Part shown: positions 9,334 through 17,061 of the stretch, one piece after another | Layout: each line of letters starts with the position of its first letter | Numbering within the stretch: position 1 is the stretch's first letter | Source: Nitrososphaerota archaeon | GTDB lineage: Archaea; Thermoproteota; Nitrososphaeria; Nitrososphaerales; UBA57 | Length of the DNA stretch: 32,000 bases | Direction of reading: 5' to 3' | Assembly: GCA_016871995.1 (NCBI GenBank) | Contig: VHBL01000002.1 | Span: 60,001 to 92,000 of the forward strand | Made by a program: the position numbers and the translations under genes | Notes under the pieces: generated by a model | The model's database searches: none | The model's input: the letters and a program-made list of their open reading frames with translations, nothing else | What the model was told of the DNA's origin: nothing

Positions 9334-10159
9334 TCCATTCCTCATAATAATGAAAAAAGAGTTCCGTGACTCCCTAAAGAGCAGGTGGCTCCTATCGTTC
9401 GCAGTCACGTTCTTCTTCCTTGCGTTGGGGGTTCCGTACATCATTCTTAGAGGCGGAGGGGTGCTTCCAGAAGACTACCCAGGCATGGTAGTATCTACGC
9501 TAGTTTCCCTTTCTGTTCCGCTAGTCCCCTTGATAGCTCTAGCAATGTCTTCGACTAGCGTTTCAGGAGAGAGAGAAACAGGGACATTAGAGTTCTTGCT
9601 TGCTCAGCCTGCGAGCAAGATGGAAGTATTTCTGGGCAAATATGTAGGAATACTAGTTTCAATAACTCTTGCAATGATTCTGGGTTACGGTACTGCTGAG
9701 CTACTAGTGTATTCTAGCAATCCCGTCTTCGCATTGCAGTTTCTATACGGCCTAGTATACTCGATGATGCTGTCTGGCGCTGCAATCTCATTGGGTTTCC
9801 TTGTTTCGGTACTGTCGAAGGGAAGGGTCAATGCTCAGGGTGCAGGGATATTCATATGGTTCCTTATGGTGGTCATATACGACGTTGGATTCTTGGGCGT
9901 TATAGCTGTAGTTCTTGACCTTAGCGAGTATCTGGTGCCTATGACGCTAGCCAATCCCGTTGAATTGACAAGAACTATATCGCTGATGCACATGGCAAGG
10001 AGCCCTCTTGGAGGAGAGCTTGGACCCGTAGCGACGTATATGAGCAGAACATGGGGACCTGACCTTACCGTAACTATACTTTCAACGACATTGGGACTCT
10101 GGATACTCATCCCTCTGGGAATCTCTGCCATAATATTCAGGAAGCAAGACGCTAGGTAA
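9317..10159 (+). CDS. ABC-2 type transporter permease (NosY-like)
   Basis: Six hydrophobic segments and the conserved SGERETGTLEFLLAQP motif typical of ABC-2/NosY permeases. It overlaps the upstream ATPase gene by 17 nt. Confidence 0.7.
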   Translation: MIQMPSPFLIIMKKEFRDSLKSRWLLSFAVTFFFLALGVPYIILRGGGVLPEDYPGMVVSTLVSLSVPLVPLIALAMSSTSVSGERETGTLEFLLAQPASKMEVFLGKYVGILVSITLAMILGYGTAELLVYSSNPVFALQFLYGLVYSMMLSGAAISLGFLVSVLSKGRVNAQGAGIFIWFLMVVIYDVGFLGVIAVVLDLSEYLVPMTLANPVELTRTISLMHMARSPLGGELGPVATYMSRTWGPDLTVTILSTTLGLWILIPLGISAIIFRKQDAR

Positions 10160-10164
10160 TTGCG

Positions 10165-10192
10165 GGTACGGATGTCCGTACCACTGCCTTTT
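10165..10192 (+). terminator. Hairpin plus T-tract downstream of the ABC-2 permease gene
   Basis: GGTACGG-ATGT-CCGTACC (10165-10182) is a perfect 7-bp stem. It is followed by cttTTat (T run at 10189-10192), 6 nt after the stop codon. Confidence 0.35.
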
Positions 10193-10265
10193 ATCTGATA
10201 ATTTTGTTCGTTCAAAATAAACAACCTTCAGCCTATATTGACTTAGTTGCTAACCTCAATCCAAT

Positions 10266-11129
10266 TTGCCCAAGCCAAATTCGGGTTCGTCAAAAGACAT
10301 AGCAATCTTGCCTCTTGCAATAGCATTGCTCGTGTTCCTAGTTTCTTTTACTGGCCCACTCATAAGTTTCAGCCAAGCTCAGCAGCAGGTAAGAATAGCA
10401 ATTTCCTTGGATCCGAGTACGCCAATAATTAATTCGGAGACCGCCTTGAAGGTAACCGCAAGTGATTCTAACGGCAATCCTATCAGAAACGTCGAGTTTT
10501 TGATAAGAATTGAGGACCAAGACCCGCTTTACAACGTGGATGTATTTTCGAAGATAGTTACCGCACCTACAGGTACGCATACTGAGCAGGTAAAGGTACC
10601 TTCGCACACCTGTTTTGAAGGGGCAAAGTGGGCTGCCATAGTTGAAGTAACAAAAATCAATGGCGTAGCGATAAACCCTATAAGAAATGTCTTGGAGTTT
10701 AGTACGCAAAATCCTCCAGCTGCTCAACCTGCTCCCGCCCCAGTACCCGGACCAGCGCCTGCACAGCCTGCTCCACCTCCACAACCAGCGGCCCCTGTTG
10801 CAGCTCCCCCTGCACCGGTTCCAGCCCCTGTAGCTCAGCCAGCACCACAACCTGCTCCAGCACCTGTTGCGCAACCAGCACCGCCACCGCCTCCCGTTCC
10901 AGTTCCGCAGCAGCCAGTCCCATTACCTCCTCCAGCGCCCCAACAAGCGGCTCCCGCACCAGTTCCTCAACCCGAGGCACCAAGGCCAGCTCAGGATGTC
11001 AACCCCGAACCACAGCAGGTTCAGCCACAACAATCTTCAATGGACATGACTCTAATTGGAGTCGTAGCAGTACTTGTAATAGCTGGAACATTATTTGGCG
11101 CTATGAAAATGCGTAAAACTAAGATGTAA
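10266..11129 (+). CDS. Secreted or anchored surface protein with a long Pro/Ala/Gln-rich spacer and C-terminal TM anchor
   Basis: There is an N-terminal signal/anchor (IAILPLAIALLVFLVSF), a globular region of about 110 aa, and about 107 aa of P/A/Q/V low complexity (10713-11033). The C-terminal TM plus basic tail is LIGVVAVLVIAGTLFGAMKMRKTKM. The start is TTG and is uncertain. Confidence 0.6.
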   Translation: MPKPNSGSSKDIAILPLAIALLVFLVSFTGPLISFSQAQQQVRIAISLDPSTPIINSETALKVTASDSNGNPIRNVEFLIRIEDQDPLYNVDVFSKIVTAPTGTHTEQVKVPSHTCFEGAKWAAIVEVTKINGVAINPIRNVLEFSTQNPPAAQPAPAPVPGPAPAQPAPPPQPAAPVAAPPAPVPAPVAQPAPQPAPAPVAQPAPPPPPVPVPQQPVPLPPPAPQQAAPAPVPQPEAPRPAQDVNPEPQQVQPQQSSMDMTLIGVVAVLVIAGTLFGAMKMRKTKM

Positions 11130-11283
11130 TGTAGATCTAGTAACGTTCACTTGCATTCATATCCACTCAAAACCTTCAAACGCATTCTTCTGTCAATCTT
11201 TAGCATGTCTACTGATGTCAAAATTTTAGTAATAATCGAGATCGTAAGATTTTTTATCACTAGACGTATGGAGCAAAAATAGC

Positions 11284-11679
11284 TTGGCTTCGCTAGTGTT
11301 CGTGCCCGACAATATCTCCGATGTAGCATCAATAATCGTAGCCATCGTTTCACTCCATTATGGTATGAAACTTGTCAGGCTTTCTAAAGAGATAGAATTT
11401 GTGACCCTCAAAGGAGGCAGAGCTCCCTACTACATCATGGCAGGTCTGGGATTTTTGGCCCTTAACAGAATCGCCGATCTATTAGCTGAAAACATTCTGA
11501 CTGATCTTGTGGGAAGTGAATTCGCCACGGTGTTTGATGATCCACCAGCACTTCTTGCTGCAGTTTTCATTTTCTTGGGACTCAGAAACATGTACGAAAT
11601 CTATCGAAAAAGTGGTACGCCAAAAACCAGAGACCCGAGTTCGGAAGAAATTTGGACAGTCAAGAAACTAACAGACTAG
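11284..11679 (+). CDS. Small membrane protein, unknown function
   Basis: The 131-aa ORF has 3-4 hydrophobic helices (ASIIVAIVSL, YYIMAGLGFLAL, LLAAVFIFLGL). No recognisable motif; the start is TTG. Confidence 0.4.
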   Translation: MASLVFVPDNISDVASIIVAIVSLHYGMKLVRLSKEIEFVTLKGGRAPYYIMAGLGFLALNRIADLLAENILTDLVGSEFATVFDDPPALLAAVFIFLGLRNMYEIYRKSGTPKTRDPSSEEIWTVKKLTD

Positions 11680-11891
11680 GTTTCTATATTAGTGCCGAGT
11701 TTCTTGAATAGAAGCGTCAGAAATCCTGGCTTCACTATACTCTCAACGATCACGTATCCTAGCACGTTGAACATTCCTTCGAATATCTTGAATAAGCTTT
11801 TTGTGTGTTCCAGCGGCATTTCAGGGACAAAGACAAGCCTCAAGGATATATTGTCATTTCCCTTTTGCTCTATAGTAATATTTGTGCAGTC

Positions 11892-12311
11892 CTATTCATA
11901 ATCTTCAACAAGTTTCTTGACAGATGCAATCACTTCCGCATGAGAACCGCTGTTCAAGAACACATGTGCACGCCATTTAGCATTATCATATACCTGCTTT
12001 AGCCATTCGTTTTTGGATACTCTGCAAGCTTTCGAGCTTCCCGAATACCAGAGGTCTTGATTGATAAGCACCATTCTTGATCTCTTGGCTCTGTCAATTA
12101 CTCTCTTTGCCTGAATTGCTTCGTTAAGTGTAAATCCATGCCTGCTACTCTCAAGCGCTACCAGCCCGATTTCGTTAATCAAACTGTAGAGAGTCTTTCC
12201 TTGGGAATTTGCAAGCCTGTTCAGTTCTTCGGCTATTTCCTCGTTCATGTTAACGGTTCTACGCTTGCCCAATGTAGTGGAAAGGGACATAATTGCACAG
12301 GACTGGAGCAA
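11892..12311 (-). CDS. Ribbon-helix-helix (CopG/Arc/MetJ-like) domain protein; ends at a TAG followed by 71 more open in-frame codons
   Basis: GKRRTVNMNEEIAEELNRLANSQGKTLYSLINEIG gives the beta-strand/helix/helix pattern of RHH DNA-binding domains. The likely start is Met-8 (12290). See the finding on the in-frame TAG. Confidence 0.55.
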   Translation of the reverse strand: MLQSCAIMSLSTTLGKRRTVNMNEEIAEELNRLANSQGKTLYSLINEIGLVALESSRHGFTLNEAIQAKRVIDRAKRSRMVLINQDLWYSGSSKACRVSKNEWLKQVYDNAKWRAHVFLNSGSHAEVIASVKKLVEDYE

Positions 12312-12414
12312 TTAAACAAACATCATGGTAGTTGCAACTCTGTTGAGTGCAAACGCACTCAAAATCTACATTATGTAGCTGGTCAAAAGCCTGTTAATGT
12401 CCATACAGGCAAGC

Positions 12415-13300
12415 ATGATAGGCTTTGTCGAGGAAATAGCAACTTCGAGGATAAAAATATCATCGCTTCAGCTCAGAGAACAGTTGGAGATATAAATGGC
12501 TTATCTATTCAATTAAAGAGCACGGTCTCCTCGAACCTATAATTGTAAGACCAAAGGGCTCCTACTTTGAAGTCGTTGCAGGAAACAGGAGATTCACAGC
12601 ATGCAAGAACATGGGATGGAGGAAAATACTCTGCCATATAATCAGCCTTGAAGATAGGGAAGCCTATGAAGTCTCTCTTGTCGAAAATGTTCAAAGGAGA
12701 ACTCTATCACCCGTAGAAGAGGCTAAGGCTTACAGGAATTATGTCTCAATACATGGCTGGGGAGGGGTGTCGGAGCTTGCACGCAAGATCGGGAAAAGCC
12801 AAGAATATGTCAGTAAAAGATTACGCCTTCTAGACCTTCCTCAAGAGGTTTTAGAGCAAATTATTCGCCAGCGAATAACTCCGAGCATAGGAGAAGAACT
12901 TCTTCAGATAGAGAGCAGCGAGGGACGTAAGCTGCTAGGCATAATGGCCGCTAATACAAACATGACAAGGGCAGAGGTCAGAGAAATTGTTAAGTTCAGT
13001 TGCATAAACAATGCAACCAGAAACTTTGATGCGGACGATCTTAAGGTTAAGGTACTATCACGCGCTTTAAGAAGAGTGATTGCAGCTCTCCAGATTTCGT
13101 TAGCAAGAATGGATAGAGTAATAGAAGATATCGGAGAGGATTGGATAGTTAGAGAATTTCTTATGCAACATAGAATGCTAGTTCATGATCAGATATCTTC
13201 CGTCATTAGATTTAGAAAAAGAATTGAAAAGCCTGCTGTGTGTGATAGCCAGACCAATATTTGGTGTGGGCTTAGAGAAGGAAGCCTTATTACGACATAA
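12415..13300 (+). pseudogene. ParB/Spo0J-like protein (ParB N-terminal domain + HTH), disrupted by a frameshift near 12476-12490
   Basis: The frame of 12611 continues upstream, without any start codon, as SIKEHGLLEPIIVRPKGSYFEVVAGNRRFTACKNMGWRKILCHII...ENVQRRTLSPVEEAKAY (ParB box GxRR and ENxQRxxL). The HTH is KIGKSQEYVSKRLRLLDLPQEVLEQI. The expected N-terminus (MIGFVEEIATSRIKISSLQLRE) lies in a different frame from the ATG at 12415 and stops at 12493. Confidence 0.65.
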
Positions 13301-13317
13301 TAGAGAAATGATACGGA

Positions 13318-14220
13318 ATGAAGGTTGCTTATCTTTACGTGGCTCCGCTTGTGATTGCGATCGTGGGGATAGGAATTCTTCCCTTGGGGCATGCTTTCTA
13401 CATAAGCCTAACGGATTTATCTGCTGCCAAGCCAGAGCCTGAGTTCGTTGGACTCAAAAACTATCAAGACTTCTTGACAGCACCCTTCTTTTTGAACTCC
13501 GTTCGCGTCACGACGATCTTTGTCGTAGGAACAGTAGTAATGGAATTCCTTGTCGGTCTTTATTTGGCACTATTGATGTTTGGGAAGGTTCGCGGTAAGA
13601 AGGTATTTGACAAGATTCTTTTTGTTCCTATAGCTATATCACCTATAGTTATGGGAGTGCTTTACTCTCCGAACGTGGTTCTTGATGATGTGAACACGCT
13701 GCTATACTATGGGCTTTGCATATCTCCAATATGCAGCGAAAATACGGGCATATTCCTCAACACGGCCCTCCCGGTGGTATATTACGGCATGATGATAATG
13801 TCCGATGTTTTTGTCTGGGGTCCTTTAATGATGCTTGTCATACTTGCAATTCTTAATAACATTCCCAAAGAGCATTTTGAGGCTGCTGAGATAAGTGGCG
13901 CAACACCATTTCAAATGTTTAGACGCCTTACCTTCCCCGCTATAATTCATTCACCTATACTTGCTGCAATGATAGTACTCCGAGTTGTTGATAACTTTAG
14001 GGCATACGAAATTCCATTTACTTGGAGTTTCTGGTTATTTCAGGAGAGGTTGGGAGCTCCTATAGATACATTTAGCGTTGTGATGTTCAAGATGCTCTCA
14101 GGTTCTGACTTTCCTCTTTCACAAATAGCAGCTGTTGGACTCCTTCTAATGGCTTTCAGTGTCACAACTGCTGTTGTTCTAATGAAAGCGATTACAAAAA
14201 GCTGGGAGGGTATAAGATGA
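13318..14220 (+). CDS. Carbohydrate-type ABC transporter permease (MalF/UgpA-like)
   Basis: Six TM segments and the EAA loop EAAEISGATPFQMFRRLTFPAI. Confidence 0.8.
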   Translation: MKVAYLYVAPLVIAIVGIGILPLGHAFYISLTDLSAAKPEPEFVGLKNYQDFLTAPFFLNSVRVTTIFVVGTVVMEFLVGLYLALLMFGKVRGKKVFDKILFVPIAISPIVMGVLYSPNVVLDDVNTLLYYGLCISPICSENTGIFLNTALPVVYYGMMIMSDVFVWGPLMMLVILAILNNIPKEHFEAAEISGATPFQMFRRLTFPAIIHSPILAAMIVLRVVDNFRAYEIPFTWSFWLFQERLGAPIDTFSVVMFKMLSGSDFPLSQIAAVGLLLMAFSVTTAVVLMKAITKSWEGIR

Positions 14221-15074
14221 ACTTCGCCAAGATCAGCTTCTTCCTTCTGTGCCTTGCAGCGTTCTGGATAATATGGCCCATCTTCACCATGTTTAACGAA
14301 GGCATGAGAGTAGACTTGGGTCCTCTCATGTCTGGGAGAGGGTCCAGCTATATAGGCAGATTCTTCCAACCTCAAGGAGGAATAAGATATAACCCTATCA
14401 CTTTCATACGAGCTTTTACCTTCGAAAACTTTCCCAGAGCCGTTCTTAATAGCACCGTCATAGCCGCAATTAGTATTGGCTTGGCCTTGGCTGTTGGAAT
14501 ACTGGCTGCTTATGCACTTGCGCGTTATAGGTTCAAAGGAAGAGGCCTAATTACGCTCCTTGTACTTATGCTCAGGACTATAACTCCTCTGGCTGTTATA
14601 GTTCCCTTTTTCATAGTCTATGGTCAGATAGGACTCTTTGATACCCACATTGGGATGGGACTCGTATACCTGATAATCAATATACCTATAGTTACATTTA
14701 TGATGCGAGGGTTCTTCGCCGATATTCCGCAGTCGATGTATGAAGCTGCTTCATCAAGTGGAGCCTCAGAAATGCAGATCTTACGAAAGGTTGCCTTACC
14801 GCTTGTAATCCCAGGCATCCTGGCAACCACCATCTTTGCCTTCGTTGCTACTTGGAATGAATTCTTATTCGCCCAATTCCTATCTGGTGTTCAGGCCAAA
14901 CCAGTCAGCAGAGGAGTGTGGTCAGGATTTGCAGAAGCTATAGAATCCTTCAAGGTTTTGGACTTTGATGAACTTAACGCCAATGCAACATTGGCTATGA
15001 TACCCGCACTAGTATTATCATTTATGATTAGGAAATATGTCGCCAGAGGCTTTACGTTAGGTACCGCTCGCTAG
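14217..15074 (+). CDS. Carbohydrate-type ABC transporter permease (MalG/UgpE-like)
   Basis: The EAA loop is EAASSSGASEMQILRKVALPLVIP. It overlaps the upstream permease by 4 nt. Confidence 0.8.
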   Translation: MNFAKISFFLLCLAAFWIIWPIFTMFNEGMRVDLGPLMSGRGSSYIGRFFQPQGGIRYNPITFIRAFTFENFPRAVLNSTVIAAISIGLALAVGILAAYALARYRFKGRGLITLLVLMLRTITPLAVIVPFFIVYGQIGLFDTHIGMGLVYLIINIPIVTFMMRGFFADIPQSMYEAASSSGASEMQILRKVALPLVIPGILATTIFAFVATWNEFLFAQFLSGVQAKPVSRGVWSGFAEAIESFKVLDFDELNANATLAMIPALVLSFMIRKYVARGFTLGTAR

Positions 15075-16156
15075 CTTATAGCCGTCCCAGTGTCGAGGTC
15101 GAAAAGGGTCAGCCTTCTTTCGTTGAATCGCATAAAGACTTGGGCTCCAATCTGAGCTCTGAAGTCGACCTTTTCCCGAGCTCTAATGATCGAATTGCCT
15201 ACCTTTATGTCAACTATCATGCTATCACCGAGCGACTCGAGCAGATATACCTCTCCTTTACATGTGGCCCCGTTCACCTGCTCAGCTTTAACCTCTATAT
15301 CCTCAGGTCTAATGCCCACGTGCACCTTCCTACCAGAAGACAGCCCATCTTTCTTAGTAAGAGCCTTGATAGTTATTGGCGGCCGAACCCCACTTAGCTC
15401 GGCCTGTCCATTTGATAATATAGTCGCAGGGATAAGGTTCATCGGGGGATTACCGATAAACGATGCTACCCAAGAGTCCTTTGGTGAGTCGTAAATTGCC
15501 TGAGGGGCATCGATTTGAACAAGTTTTCCATTCCTCAACACTGCAATTTTGTCGGCCATAGTCATCGCCTCTGTCTGGTCATGTGTAACATAGACCAAAG
15601 TCGTTCCTAGGGTTTTTTGTAACTTCTTAAGTTCAGTTCTCATTGCAATTCTCATGCTAGCATCGACGCTTGAGAGAGGTTCGTCCATCAAGAAGACATC
15701 TGGCTGCCTTACAATTGCCCTTCCTAACGCGACTCTCTGTTGTTCTCCCCCGCTGAGCTCTTTGGGCTTTCGGTCAAGAATATGCTGTATTCCCAAGAGT
15801 TCTGCCACCTCCTTCACCCTCCTGTCTATATCTGGCTTTGGAGTTTTGCGAACAGTAAGAGGAAAGGCTATGTTATGGAATGCAGTGAGGTGCGGGAAAA
15901 GGGCATAGTTCTGAAAGACAAGCGATATGTTCCTATCGCGAGGCGGAACTCCATTTACCAATTTGCCGTCAAAGTAGACCTCACCCTCGGTCGGAACCTC
16001 TAATCCTGCAATGAGTCTAAGGAGAGTCGTCTTACCTCCTCCCGAAGGCCCTAAGATCGACAGAAATTCCTTGTCGTTTATTTCTAGATTAACACCTTCT
16101 ATGGCTGCAACGTTTCCAAAACGCTTGGTTACATTCTTCAGCGATACGCTGACCAT
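15071..16156 (-). CDS. Carbohydrate-type ABC transporter ATP-binding protein (MalK/UgpC-like)
   Basis: Walker A GPSGGGKTT, signature LSGGEQQRVALGRAIV and Walker B FLMDEPLSSVDA are present, with a C-terminal regulatory (TOBE-like) domain. It converges on the permease gene, and both stops share the palindrome CTAG at 15071-15074. Confidence 0.85.
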   Translation of the reverse strand: MVSVSLKNVTKRFGNVAAIEGVNLEINDKEFLSILGPSGGGKTTLLRLIAGLEVPTEGEVYFDGKLVNGVPPRDRNISLVFQNYALFPHLTAFHNIAFPLTVRKTPKPDIDRRVKEVAELLGIQHILDRKPKELSGGEQQRVALGRAIVRQPDVFLMDEPLSSVDASMRIAMRTELKKLQKTLGTTLVYVTHDQTEAMTMADKIAVLRNGKLVQIDAPQAIYDSPKDSWVASFIGNPPMNLIPATILSNGQAELSGVRPPITIKALTKKDGLSSGRKVHVGIRPEDIEVKAEQVNGATCKGEVYLLESLGDSMIVDIKVGNSIIRAREKVDFRAQIGAQVFMRFNERRLTLFDLDTGTAIS

Positions 16157-16270
16157 TGTCCTTAAGGATATGGCATAGGTTCTTAAGCTTTCACCGAAGA
16201 AATTGCAGTATTCGCTAAAGAAAGATGAACAAAGGATGCCGCAAAGACAATAAAAAAGTTAAAGTAATCG

Positions 16271-16750
16271 ATGCAGATTAGCCCATCTATGGCAACTGCA
16301 AATGCAGGGAAAAAGAGTCCAACAAAGCTGATCATAGGAATTATAGTCCTTGTCGCAGCCGGTGCCGGAGGTTTGCTTCTGTTCTCGCAAGGCCCGGCAG
16401 GCCCTTCAGCGGAGCCTGGAGTCAAGGAATTTCAGATCTTCCTAGTTGAATCAGGACCGAACAGGGCATGGAATCCTAATGAGATAACGGTAAAGCTAGG
16501 GGATAAGGTCAGGCTTAGGATAGTTAACAATGATGCGGAAAATCCTGCCATGCCAACCTATCACAGATTTGTACTTACTGAGTATAATATTGACTCGGGT
16601 GACATATCACCAAACAAAGAGTATGTTGTGGACTTCGTAGCTGATAAGGCAGGAGAGTTCACATGGTTTGACCCAAGACCTGATGAAATGGTCGGAAGGG
16701 AGAATGTCAGACATTCACAAGAAAAAGGGAAACTAATAGTAGAGCCCTAG
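16271..16750 (+). CDS. Membrane-anchored cupredoxin-like domain protein lacking an obvious Cys copper ligand
   Basis: After an N-terminal anchor (LIIGIIVLVAAGAGGLLLF), EITVKLGDKVRLRIVNND...YHRFVLTEYNI...VVDFVADKAGEFTWFDP resembles the cupredoxin beta-sandwich pattern. There is no Cys in the mature domain. Confidence 0.35.
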   Translation: MQISPSMATANAGKKSPTKLIIGIIVLVAAGAGGLLLFSQGPAGPSAEPGVKEFQIFLVESGPNRAWNPNEITVKLGDKVRLRIVNNDAENPAMPTYHRFVLTEYNIDSGDISPNKEYVVDFVADKAGEFTWFDPRPDEMVGRENVRHSQEKGKLIVEP

Positions 16751-17061
16751 AATTAAGCCAACCTAGGCCAATATCAACTAGGCTCACGAGATAAAATATG
16801 CCAAGATGTAGGAATTTCATTAAAAGACATAAATCTAGTGTTAAATGATGTGCAATTTTAGCAGAAAACTGACAGAAATCGTTCTTGGGTATATATTAAA
16901 CAAACGAAGGGGGAATGAGGGTCTTCTCTCCCTCGACGTTTCTGCCAAACCGATGATAGATTTGATTCCCTGTCTAGGGGCGCTCCGCTAATATTCGACA
17001 ACTGACGAAGTTTTTTCTAGTTTTCGGCGCACTTATAGGGAGGAAAATCAGCGGGGCCGTA

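Noticed and set aside
10338-10983. Long antisense and alternative-frame ORFs (10338..10874, 10699..10983, 10867..11049)
   Set aside because: These are by-products of the stop-poor GC/CCN-rich proline repeat. Their products are Arg/Trp/Cys-rich or low complexity.
11892-11894. The in-frame TAG in the RHH gene considered as a recoded (pyrrolysine) codon
   Set aside because: TAG is used as an ordinary stop by several clearly complete genes in the window (for example 9331-9333 and 15072-15074). No pyl genes are seen.
12138-12542. Track ORF 12138..12542 (+)
   Set aside because: Most of it is antisense to the RHH gene and its product is not protein-like. Only its 3' end coincides with the shifted ParB-like N-terminal region.
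16751-17061. The 311-nt spacer upstream of the PQQ-propeller gene, including the small hairpin GAGGG-N8-CCCTC (about 16917-16934), considered as a riboswitch or sRNA
   Set aside because: Only a weak 5-bp hairpin, with no recognisable conserved RNA motif by eye. The evidence is insufficient.
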